In this document: piece by piece, positions 52,879 to 64,000 of the stretch
Layout: each line of letters begins with the position of its first letter
How positions within the stretch are numbered: position 1 is the stretch's first letter
Assembly: GCA_028534125.1 (NCBI GenBank)
Contig: CM052817.1
Coordinates: forward strand, 38,814,001 to 38,878,000
DNA length: 64,000 bases
Source: Lama glama
Lineage: Eukaryota
Direction: 5' to 3'
Program-made: the position numbers and the translations under genes
The notes under the pieces: generated by a model
Seen by the model: the letters and a program-made list of their open reading frames with translations, nothing else
Told to the model about the DNA's origin: nothing
Database searches by the model: none

Positions 52879-54026
52879 TACCTACTGTTTACCACCACCC
52901 CCCACCATCCCCCCAAAAAAGGAGAAGAAAGTTGTTTCTAAGCCAATTCTTCAGGGATAGAAAAACAAAAATGAGGTCTAATGGAACTTTGTGTAGTTCT
53001 TTTTACGCTGTGAATATATCCTTCGAAAATACCTGCTTAAAATCTCTGCTTTCAGAGGTGTTAGCTATTAGGGTCTGGTTCAATTTCTAGTTTGATCCAT
53101 CTTTGAAAACCAGGCTTTCTGCATCCTGAGCTTCCCAGTTGTGCTGGATTCCGGGGGCAGCCCCTTCTGGAAGCACAGCGCCCACTGTCATTGGCCAGTC
53201 TTTACTTTGCAGTCCTGATCTGAGAATGTTAGCAACTCACATATACTTTTATAGTTACTAGCTTACTTGGTTGTAAAACTGACTTCCCAGTAAAAGAGAG
53301 TATAGAAAACACTTTTTAAGCTTATTTAGGCTGCTTTAGTGACTTTCCTTCTATTCTGAAGATACTCACAGAGTTGCCAGTTCATTGTAAGCGTGAGCAG
53401 CAGAGTGTCAGATTTAAAGATTATTGTGCGTATTACAGATTCTATGCCAATGCAACTCCAGTTTTGTGGCAGAAAATACAGGAATGCCAAGAACCGCTAG
53501 GACAACAGATACTTCTCCAAAAATAAGTCAATGGTAAGAGAGAAAACCTAGGGCAGTTCCCATTGTTTTGATGCAGTACTACTCAAGATGCTAATGACCT
53601 TGGGAAGAGTTGCTGTCAAGGATGAGCCTGCAAAAATTCTGTCAGGGTTTCAAGGCCAGACATGCAAAAAACATCTTCAATAAAATTTCCTCTTCACTCA
53701 TTTTGGCCCATTTGGAGCATCACAGAAGAAGCAGTCCAGTGGAACTGGTTTAGCACTAGCTTAGTTCTTTTTTTTTTTGCTTTATCAGTGTTTTCCCCCA
53801 CCCCCTGCAAAGCTCCTTTTTATTTGTTGTTCCTTTTGACTTCTGCTAGAAATGGCACCACACCAAGCTCCCAGGCTTAGAGATAGCATGGTGTTGGGAG
53901 AGCCATGGCACCGAAATTCAGAGAAGAGGGCAGCTCTCCTCAGCTTGTGAACTTCTGAAGGCCCTGTCAGTGCACCAGGTCCCCCATGTGAGTACTGACT
54001 GTGAGGATGGGAGGAGTCTAAGATAA

Positions 54027-55431
54027 CACTGCTTCACCTTGTTGGTCTTAAGACCTTTTGATCCTTAAACACTATCAAGGACCTTAACTGCTATTGTTTA
54101 TGTGGGTTGCATCTATTAGTAGTCATTGTATTAGCAAAACAGAAATTTTTAAAATATGTATATTTGTTTAGAAATAGCAATGATGAAACTATTATGTATT
54201 AACATCAATTACATATTTCTATAAAAAAATAAACTTTTCCAGACTGCCCCCTTAAAAAAAAAATTAGTGAAAAGAGTGGCATGGTTTTATGATTCTGCAA
54301 ATCTCTTTAATGTCTGCCTTAATTGAACACAGGTGGATTCTCATATCTGCTTCTACATTCAGTCTTTGGTGAGACTTCGTTTTGGATGACACATATGAGG
54401 AAAATCCAGCCTCACACAGGTATGTGGTTGGAAAGTGGGGGAGTATTTTAATAGCCTGTTCGGGTCATTGTTTCATGGTAGTTTTAAGTTTCTTAAAGAT
54501 TGATTACTATATGGTGTTTGAAACTACATTAACGAACATTTTATGCTCTATTCCCTTGAAATCCATTAGTTTATCTGCACTTTGAATCTGTCTTTTACCC
54601 ATGCATAACTTTACAGCACCCGCTGGCCACTGGGAACTACATCACTGCTACCATGGTGTGTGTACGTCTTCCAAACGTTGATATATTTAATTCTGTAATA
54701 TATCAAAAAGTCACATCATACGTAATAAAAAATATTCCCAGCAGTCTCAGGAAGTTCTAAGTCAAACTCACAGCGGTGGATATCACAAGTTTTCCAAAAT
54801 TAGAATTTTTGCTTCAACTCTAGAATTTTATCAATGGTAGTAAGTACTGTTTGCTGGGTTTTTGTTTTTGTTTTTGTTTGTTTTTGAGGCAATAAGCTCA
54901 CCCTGTTAACTTCAAGACCATTTCTGCCAAAGCACCGTAGTTGTCAGCCGTCCTTTCGGGGAGAGACGGTGCGCGGTGGGTGTGCGGTGAGAGGAGCAGC
55001 AGGCCGGCCACACTCAGTTGCACACGTGCTTTTCTTCGAGACAAACACTACTTCAGGATGCAGGTACCTTATGGGTGCCTCTCGTTTTGTGTCACACAAC
55101 CTAAGATTCGAGGCTTCATGAAAGTAGTAACTTAACTGCTTCTCCAAGGGCACTCTTAAGTGAAGCAGACATTTGCCTTCTTACTGCAAGTGTTTGGCGA
55201 CAAAGAACATATCCTGACTAGTAGCAGTGTGGTGGCACTGCCTGATTCCATGCTCAGGTTCCAGCAGTCCTACTGCTGCTTTTGCACCTCGGCTCTGTAC
55301 AAGTATCAAGGTAGTGGGAAAAGGCAAATAACGTTTCAGTATTTTTATGAAAACAGGCTTTACCTTGCGGACCCCATGAAAGGGTCTTCAGGACTCCTGG
55401 GGCTCTGGGAGTCAGAATTTGAGAAGCTCTG
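54027..55431. mobile_element. Near full-length Charlie1a-like hAT DNA transposon fossil (~1.4 kb)
   Basis: recalled segments aaaagagtggcat, gcaaatctctttaatgtctg, ggattctcatatctgcttct, gaaaatccagcctcacacag; terminus gcggaccccatgaaagggtc...tttgagaagctctg. Confidence 0.8.
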
Positions 55432-57759
55432 GTCCAAGGGGAAGATACATGAGATGCTACCTAAACTGTAAAGTAGCAGGTCCGCACTCTCCTTGGGGAG
55501 CAGTGTTCCTAATCGCAGGCCTGGGGTTTTCAGCGGGGCTCCTGTTGAAACCTGCCAAGTGCAAGACCAGTCCTGGCCACACTGGGCTCCCTGCTGGGGC
55601 CACGTGCATCTCTGAAGTATTGGGGTTTCCAATAAGGTCTTTGTTAAGTCATGTTCTTCTAGATCAAGACTCCAAAATTTTGATAATGTAAAAAAAAAAA
55701 CTGTAATCCTTTCATATTAGGTACATTTCTACCTAATACGATGTACTGGTCAGGAGCCTGGCAACCGAGAGTCAGTCTGGGGTTGAAGTTGTCATTCAGC
55801 CAGTTACTGTGTGATGTGAGGCCACTTCTCCACATCTGAGCTTCCTCGTAAGTAAATCTTGTGTTATGATACCTGCCCCTGGAGAACTGTCGTAGGGGTT
55901 AAATCAGGTAACATACACAGGACATGTCGTGCTTGACCAGTATGTTCTCAGTATATTGAAGCATTAATTTGGAAATAGGAACACGAAAGGAATGGGGCAC
56001 TAAGACGTTTTCTAAAGCCTAGATATTTAAAGCCCTGATGGGAGGAGTGCATCTTCAGTCAGACACACAGCAGGCAGGGCGTCGGTGTGGGGAGAGCCCT
56101 GGGAAAGCATGCCTCCCAGACCCTCACTTTACACAAGCACAAAGGAATGCAGAGGGATGCTGGGCGGCGTCCCCAAGCCCTGCTGCTGGCGGTTCTGCCT
56201 CTAATCTTCCCAGCTCCCAGGCCAGTGATTATTACAAACAGCTCTCAGTTCCCATTTTCCGTTTTCCTTTTTTTTTTGGTAGAGGGAGGGGTTGGGTTTG
56301 GCAGGGGAATGACTACAATGAAAATGTACTTAGGGTATCACTTCCCTCCCATCATGCCCTGCTTTATCAAGAAGATAAAGGGTTGGAACTCAACCTTGGC
56401 TTTCAAATATCATACTTCCTGTTCAACAAAGACAAAGGAAATTTGCAAGCTGTATTCCAGGCAGAGGACAGTTATTTAAAGAAAAGTAATTCCTTCATGA
56501 TCTTGTCCTCAAGCACGACTGTACATTTCAAACAAAAGCTATCCCCGAAAAACACTATTTTGGTTCATAAAAGCAAGCCACCCCCTTGCAACCTGATTAG
56601 AAAGAAAGAAACTGTGGCACAAAGGTCAACCTAAAGAGCCTGTGGCTGTAAACTTAAGGGTCATCACAGTCCAACCCTGTAGGCTGATTCTGCCAAGAGG
56701 AAGAAGCAAGATCTACTTGGGCAGTGTTACCAAGTATGCTTGTGGTTCAGGTGTGGATCCACCCATGTAGGTTTATTTTTCCTTCTGAGGTAGCAATTCC
56801 TATGTCTATGCTGATACATACTCCACTGGGCCTTGAGGATAATATAAAAATGTCATAACTACCCTTTTCAAGAACTTTATACGAAAGGCTTGCCTTCGTG
56901 TAGGTATGGAATCTGTCATTGAATTTTCAGCAAGTCTATCTCATTTCTTACTGTTTGTAGCTCAGTGAGAAAGACACTCTTGTCACCATTGGTTTTCTTA
57001 GCTCTACAGTCTTCATTTTCATATTCTATTATTTCATCATCTCGTCTTTCTGTATTGAATTGATATTTTTCACCAGATTTATATATTACAAGGCCTTCCT
57101 AGAAAATTCTCTTCTTTTAGTGTTGTTTTCCCCCCGGACTGGGTTCTTGGTCTTGCGTGAATACTTCCCTGCCTTCTTGGCTGCCTTTCTGTGTTTATTA
57201 AAGGTTTCACGGCGTTGGTTTGCATCTTCCTTCTCCTAAGTGTGGATACTTCTGCGCAGACTTTGTATCTGCTGACATCCAGTGTGAGTGGACCCTCCTG
57301 AGCACTGGTCCGCCCATAGGTTGGGGACTGGCTGCAGGATTTTGTACTTCTGCCTTGACCTGCCATGGTCCAGTCTCAACTCAGCTGCAGTGACTGGCCT
57401 TGTTCACTCTGCTCTGCTCCCCGCCCCGGGGCAGGGCCTTCACCCCGACTGTAACCTCTGCCTCCTCCCTCACCTGCTTCAGTCATGTCTCAAAAGTCGC
57501 CTTCCAAGAGAGGCCTGCCCTGACCACCCTGCAGGATTTACAGTGGCACCTCGTCTGCCCCCGACTTCCCCAGTCACCCTTCCTGCTTTGTCCTCCGCTC
57601 CACCATCATTTGTGATGTCTCCCTTGCAGGGTGAATGCCATGAGATGGAGACTGAGATTGGCGTCCGTTTTGGTCACAACTGTGCCTGGCAGAGCAGCTG
57701 CTCAATGAATTTGTTGAGTGAAGGAATTAGAGGCGGTCCTTGACTTACCCCGCTTCAAC

Positions 57760-58045
57760 TTTTCTTTTTAACTGTAGTAAGAACATTTAACATGCGATTT
57801 GCCCACTTAGATTTTTGAGTGCACAGTGTTGTTACCTGTAGGCACAGTGCTGCACAGCAGATCTCCAAGCTGCTCACGCCACCTAGCCGCAGCTTTATGC
57901 CTGGTGAACAGCGTCTCCCCTCAGGCCCCTCCACGGGGACCCTGGCCACCACCACCCTGTTCTCTGCTTCTGTGAGATGGACTGAGACCCCGCACGTAAG
58001 TGGAATCACATGGCGTTTGTCCTTTGGTGACTTGTTTATTTCACT
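57760..58045 (-). mobile_element. L1 (L1MA-like) 3' end
   Basis: gtaagaacatttaacatgcga...cacagcagatctccaag...taagtggaatcaca...tttatttcactt. Confidence 0.75.
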
Positions 58046-58524
58046 TCGTGTGTTATGTATGGGTCTTCAAATTTAATGCAATCTGCTTTATGTGGAAACT
58101 TAAATCATCTTGTGTTGAATTTGAGCTTTCACAAACCACATACCTGAACACTTCGTATCAAACTGTCACTGGGGTTTGATCTTAAACATTCAAAGTCGCT
58201 TAGTCCTTGAGGGTACCCTTGAGCAAGTCACCTCTTCCCACAGGGGGACCCACCCACCTACAAGCCCAGGGCAGGAGCCGTAGGGCCTTTGCAGCCATGC
58301 CAGAGAAGAGAGCCTGCCCACCTTCTCCCAGTCCAGTCTAGCTGAGAGTCTTAAATACTCCATCCCTCCATCCTGCCCATTGGACAATTTGAGGATGGGT
58401 GGCTGAACCATTGTGGGGTCCCCAGTTGTGGAGTCAACTGGCAGCCCTTCCCTGCCCCTCTCCAGGCTCAGGACACCCTCCCCTGTAGATCCTGTTATTA
58501 TAGATTCCATAGTCAGATCTTTAA

Positions 58525-59130
58525 ACAATCTTATTGAGCTGTAATTACCATACTATAGAATTCAAATATGTATCAATGTTAGCATGTTTACAGAGTTGTG
58601 CAGCTGTCACATAGTCTAATTTTAGAATGTTTTCATCACCCCAAAAGAAACCTCACACCATTAGCAGTCACCCGCATTCTTCTCCCTGTCCCCAATCTCT
58701 GGTGACCACTAATCTACTGTGTGTCTATACATGCCTATTCTGGACATTTTGTGTAATGGAACCGTGTGATATGTGGTCTTTAGGGACTGTCTTATTTTGG
58801 GGAACAGATATTTTAGAGATTCATTCATACTGTAGCATGTATCAGAACTTTCTTCCTTTTTATTGCCAATATTTTAGTTCAGTATATGGATATAGCAAAT
58901 TTCATTTACCCATTCACCACTTGATGGACATAATTTGTTCCCACTTTTTTACTATTGTAAAAAAAAAAAATCCACATACAGTTCTTCGTGTAAATGGGCA
59001 TTTTCATTTCTCTCTGGTATATACCTAAGAGTAGAATGGCTGGGCCATATGTAACTCTTTGTTTGACATATTGAGGAACTGCCCAACTATTACCCAAAAC
59101 AGTTGTAACATTTTACATTCCCTCCAGCTG
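58525..59130 (-). mobile_element. L1 (L1MB-like) 3' end
   Basis: tattgagctgtaattaccatac...tctaattttagaatgttttcatcaccccaaaagaaac...ttttacattccctccagc. Confidence 0.8.
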
Positions 59131-60139
59131 TTGATTTTTATTCTCAGGGAACAAAACCAACCATATTGCACTCCTCCTCTGTGTCACCTACAGATCCTCA
59201 TTAAAATGTCTTTTTGATTTAGAGATGGGCCACTTCCCAATATTCTTTCAAGAAGGGATCTGGTAAGTGAGGGTGACAGCCTGCACTGCACCTGGGGAAG
59301 CGCCAGGCTCTCTGGTCCTGCTGAAGTTTTCCCGCCACCTCTCCTCCCTCCCTGGCTCCAGCCCAGGCGAGGAACCCTGCCTGTATAGACCACAATCACA
59401 GCACCTTCTGCAGTGTTTTCCCCCAGGGGACCTGGAAATTCTATTGAAGGTATGTTTGAAGGGTCTCACTTAGACCTTCCGTGAAGTTCTTCTGGCCTTC
59501 GTTTTATTTTTATTTTAATATAAGTGTGTATATATGGCCACTACTCTGCAGCTGGGAGTGTCATATTTGAATTCAGATCTATCCCTTCTTTTTCTACTCT
59601 AAAATCAAATTGACTGGGTGAGATCTTCAGCTGTATCTAAGGAAAGAGGTTGACATAGCCTCTCCCCAAAAAGGATCTATAAAGCTGGACAAAATTATTT
59701 CAGCGCTCTAGAGAGCAAAAAAAAAAAAAAAATACAGCAATATGAAAACCACTTATCCTGGGGAAAGTGCTGTCCAGTGGGCATCAGGAGTTCTTTCCCT
59801 GGGCTGCTCCTGTTTCTCGGTCAGCTTAGCTGACATGGAGATCTGGCAGGGCAGGACAGAACCATGAGGACCCCAGCTGTCAAAGCCGTTACTTAATTTG
59901 AAACAGTGAATGATGCTTGTACCCAATGAAGTTGTCAGTGAAAGTGACAATCGCAGCAGAGGGTGAGTGGGGCAGGCAAATGGCCCCATGAGCCTGGCAT
60001 TGTGTGGCTGGACCAAGCATATTCCTGAGTGAGGCCATGCACATGCACAGTGGAGACCTGGAGAATGTCTGGGTGAACCACACACTCCTGGCCGACCCTT
60101 AGCCTGCTCGCAGGGCCCTCAACAGACAAAACTCATCAC

Positions 60140-63085
60140 CTGAACATCAAAATTAAAAGGTGTCAAACTTCAAAAGAAAATTTAAGAAAATAAATGATCA
60201 AGTGGTGCACCTAACAACAGAGTCAAACTATGTGAGTCACAACTGATAGAACTTCAAGGAGAAGAAGATGATACACTATCATAGTTCGAGACCTCAACAC
60301 CCCACTACCGGAAATGGACAGATGCAGCAGGCAGAAATTCAGTAAGATGTAGCTGAACTCAACAGCACCACGAGTCAACTGGATAAAATTGACATCTGTA
60401 GACACCTAACAACAGCAAAAGACAAATTCTTCTCAAGATCCCTTGGAATTCAAGGTATACCACATTCTGGGCCACAGAACACATCTTAATAAATTTAAAA
60501 GAATATAAATCATATGAATGCTCTCAGACCACATTAAGGGAATTAAACTAGAAATCAATAACAGGAAAATCCCCAAACATGTGGAAGGTAAACACCACAC
60601 TTCTAAATAACACATCAGCCAAAGAAGAAATCTCAAGAGAAATTTTAGCATGTCTTGAGCTAAATGTAAATGAAACATATCAAAATTTGTAAGTGAAAAT
60701 ACCACTTAGAGGGAGATTTATACCACTGAATGCATATATTAGAAGAGAACAAAGATCAAAAATCAATAACCTAAGTTTTCACTTCAGGAAACCAGAAAAA
60801 AGAAGAGCAAATTAAATCTAAAGTAAGCAGAAGAAAAGAAACAATAAGAATTGGAGCAGATATCAGTGAAATTGAAAACAAAAATAAATACCAAAAAAAA
60901 AAAATCAGTAAAACCAAAAGCTGGCCCTTTGAAAATGTCAACAGCCAAGCTACCCTAAAAAAGAAGAAGAAGAAAGAGGGAAAGGGAGAAAGTGAGAGGG
61001 CACAGATTACCGATATCAAAGAAGAAGTAGAGGCCATCACTGCAGATCTTATGCAAATGAAAAGAATAATAAAGGAACACCGTGAACAATTCTATGCCCA
61101 CAAATGTGATGAAATGGACAATTCCTTGAAAGTCGTATTTGCCAAATCTCACACAAGAAGAAATAAATTGTCTGAAAAGGCCTAGATCAAAGAAATTGAA
61201 TCAATAATGAATAACCTTCCAAAACAGAAGACACCAGGCCCAGATGGTTCACTGCTGAATTCTCCCAAACAGGAAGAAATTGTACCAATCCTCTGCCATC
61301 TCTTTCAGAGGATAGATGCAAAGGTGATACTTCCTAACTCATTTTATGAGGCCAGTATTACCCTAATACCAAAACCAGACAAAGACATTATGAAGAAACT
61401 ACAGACCAATATCTTATGAACATAGGGGCCAAATCCTGAACAACATGTTAGCAAATCAAATTTAACTATATATGAAAAGGATTATACACCATAACAGTTG
61501 GGATTTATCCCAAGTGTTCAAGGCTGGTTCAGCATTTGAAAATCAGTTAATGTAATCCATCACATCAATTAGACTAAAAAAGAAAAATCACATGATTATA
61601 TCAAATGCAAAGAAGAAAAAGCATTTGACAAAATCCAACACCCATTCATGATAAAAACTCGATATAAACTAGGAATAGAGGGAAACCACTTCAACTTGTT
61701 AAAGACTGTACAAAGAACTTACAGCTAACACCAAACTCAATGCTGAGAAACTCAAAGCTTTACCACTAAAACCAGGTAAATGTAAAATGCAAAATATAAA
61801 AGTAGAATTTAACATAGGAAAACTAAATGACCTTGGGTATGGCAGTGATTTATAATAGCCAAGTCGTTATATTATAGTTACTGTATCATAGTCGCTACAT
61901 CATGGTTACAACATCAAAAAGCACAATCCATGAAAGCAAGAACTGGTAAGATGAACTTCATTAAAATTAAAAACTTTTGTCCTGCAAAAGATAATGTCAA
62001 GAGAATAAGACAAGCCACAGACTGGTAGAAAATATTTGCAAAAGAGACGTGATAAAGGACTGTTATCCAAAATACACAAAGAACTCTTTAAACTCAACAG
62101 TATGAAAATGAACAACCTGATTTTAAAATGGGCCAAAGACATTGACAGACACCTCACCAAAGAAGATACACAGACAACAAAGAAGCATATGAAGAGGTGC
62201 TCCACATCTTGCCATCAGGGAAATGCAAGGTGAAATGTTACATACTTACAAAATGACCAAAATCCAGAACATCAACAAAACCCAAGTGCTGGTAAGGATG
62301 TGGAACAACAGGAACCCTCATTCACTACTAGTAAGAATACAGAATGAAACAGCAACTTTGGAAGGCAGGTTGGTGGCTTCTTTTACCATGTGATCCAGTA
62401 ACCACAATTCTCGGTATTTACCCAACGGAGTTGAAAAATTAGGTCCATCTGGGGGAAAAAAAAAACTTCACACTGATGTTTACAGCAGCTTTATTCATAT
62501 TTGCCAAAACTTGAAAGCAAGCAAGATTCCTTCAGTAGGTGAATGGGTAAATAACTATGGTACAGCCAATGGAATATCATTCGGCACTAAGAAGAAATGA
62601 GCTAGGAAGCCACGAAAAGACATGGAAGAGTCTTAAATGCATATCACTAAGTGAAAGAAGCCAATGTGGAAATGCTACCTAGCATATGACTCTAACTATA
62701 TGACTTTCTAGAAAAGGCAAAACTATGGAGACAGTAAAATGATCAGTTTGGGGGTGTCAGGGAAAAATGAATAGGGGAAGCACAGGGGACTTTTAGGGCA
62801 GTGAAAATACTCTGTATGACACCGTAATGAAGGATACATGTCATACATTTGTCCAAATCAAAGGAATACGACACCAAGAATGAGCCAAAATGTAAACTAT
62901 ATACCTTGGGTGATTATGACATGTTGTCAATGTAAGTTCTTCAGTTGTAACAAACATACCACTCTCACTGGGGATATTGACAGCCAAGGAGGCTATGTTT
63001 GGGGGCAGAGCAGAGGGTATATTGGGAGTCTCTGTACCATCCCCTCAATTTTCCTATGAACCTTAAAGTGCTCTAAAAAATTGTC
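60140..63085 (+). mobile_element. Decayed L1 (ORF2 endonuclease/RT remnants with deletions; L1MC1-like 3' UTR)
   Basis: ORF 61207-61419 ...KTPGPDG...LPNSFYEASITLIPKPDKD is L1 RT; 62036 [16 protein letters not shown]; 3' UTR tgtaacaaacataccactct...gaaccttaaagtgctctaaaaaa. Confidence 0.92.
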
Positions 63086-63104
63086 TTAAGAATGAAGGGA
63101 AAAA

Positions 63105-63900
63105 GGAACAGCCTTGGAGAAAATATTTGTAAGTCACATATCTGATAAGGGATTTGTATCTAGGATCTGTAACAATCTCTTACAGCTGAATAAGAAGAAA
63201 CATCACATGTAAAAATGGGCAAATAAATGAATAGACATTTCATCAAAGAAGATATACAAATGGCAAATAAGCACATGTAAAGATGCTCAGTGCCATTAGC
63301 CACTAGGGAAATGCAAACTAAAACCAGCTTGAAATACCTACACACACCAGCTAGAATGGTTCTCTTTAAAAAGATAGTGCTGGGTTTTGGTAAGGATGTA
63401 GGGAACCCTCGTACACTGCGGGTAGGAAGATAACGATGTACAGCCACTTTGGACAGTTTAGCCATTCCTTTAAAAGTTACTTACTTTTAAACTTACCACA
63501 CGACCCAGCAATTCCACCCTAGAAATCTGAGAGAGATGGAGACATGCCACACAAACACATGTCCACAAATACTCATAGCAACATTTTTCTTAAGAATCAT
63601 AAATTGGAAATAACTCTGATGCCAATCAACTGGTAAATGGGTCAGCAAAATATGTTCTTCATAAAAAGGAACAAAGCTGATACAAGCAAACATATTACAC
63701 CAGACACAAAACACTATGCATTGCACGATTCCATTCATAGGAGATGTCCAGAAAAGGCAAATTTACAGCGACAGCAGGTCAGTGGCTGCCTAAGGCTGGG
63801 GGTTGGAGTGGGGATTAACTGCACATGGGCACCAGGGACTTTTGGAGTGAGGGAAATGTTCTCAAACTGGGGGTAATAATGGTGGCACAAGATTATGGTT
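63105..63900 (+). mobile_element. Second old L1 3' fragment
   Basis: atatttgtaagtcacatatctgataaggga...atggcaaataagcacatg...ggaaatgcaaactaaaacc. Confidence 0.85.
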
Positions 63901-64000
63901 CAGAAACTCTCACAACTATTGGAAAAAATATATAATTGCTGACAATTCAAATGTGTCTGTCTTACCTGTGCTAGCTGAAACCTCTGGTTCCTATCTTCAC

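Larger units (their letters stand above)
49461..52900 (+). other. WDFY3: WDFY3 3' UTR (end approximate; interrupted by assembly gap)
   Basis: Follows the stop, AU-rich, free of obvious interspersed repeats, ends near AATAAA 52873-52878. Confidence 0.75.

Noticed and set aside
56038..56634. 198-aa intergenic ORF with ATG
   Set aside because: No recognisable homology, spans a poly-T run, no supporting gene structure; likely chance
60140..63085. Potentially active L1
   Set aside because: ORF2 is fragmented by stops, frameshifts and deletions; no intact ORF1

Overview
Mammalian genomic DNA, very probably camelid, judging from tRNA-Ala-derived Vic-1-type SINEs. It holds the 3' part of WDFY3 (ALFY, a BEACH-domain selective-autophagy scaffold) on the + strand. 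I traced 26 GT-AG coding exons (48..49460) that splice phase-consistently into 1222 codons plus TGA. They encode linker, PH-like, BEACH, WD40 repeats with an LIR (FIFV) loop, and a C-terminal FYVE domain. A ~3.4 kb 3' UTR follows, with two AATAAA signals and a 500-N gap, then repeat-rich intergenic DNA (Charlie1a-like hAT, L1, L2, MIR). Most six-frame ORFs are exon read-throughs, L1 debris or noise. I see no new protein-coding system. The best leads are post-transcriptional: (1) a cluster of three short candidate cassette exons, including an in-frame 42-nt microexon with NOVA/SRRM4-type motifs; (2) a strong in-frame cryptic donor that would delete the LIR loop; (3) an RBFOX-flanked candidate poison exon; (4) alternative polyadenylation gating miRNA sites. 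There are also a SINE-L1 chimera and CpG-rich patches in old repeats. Repeat family names and human comparisons are from recall and need confirmation.
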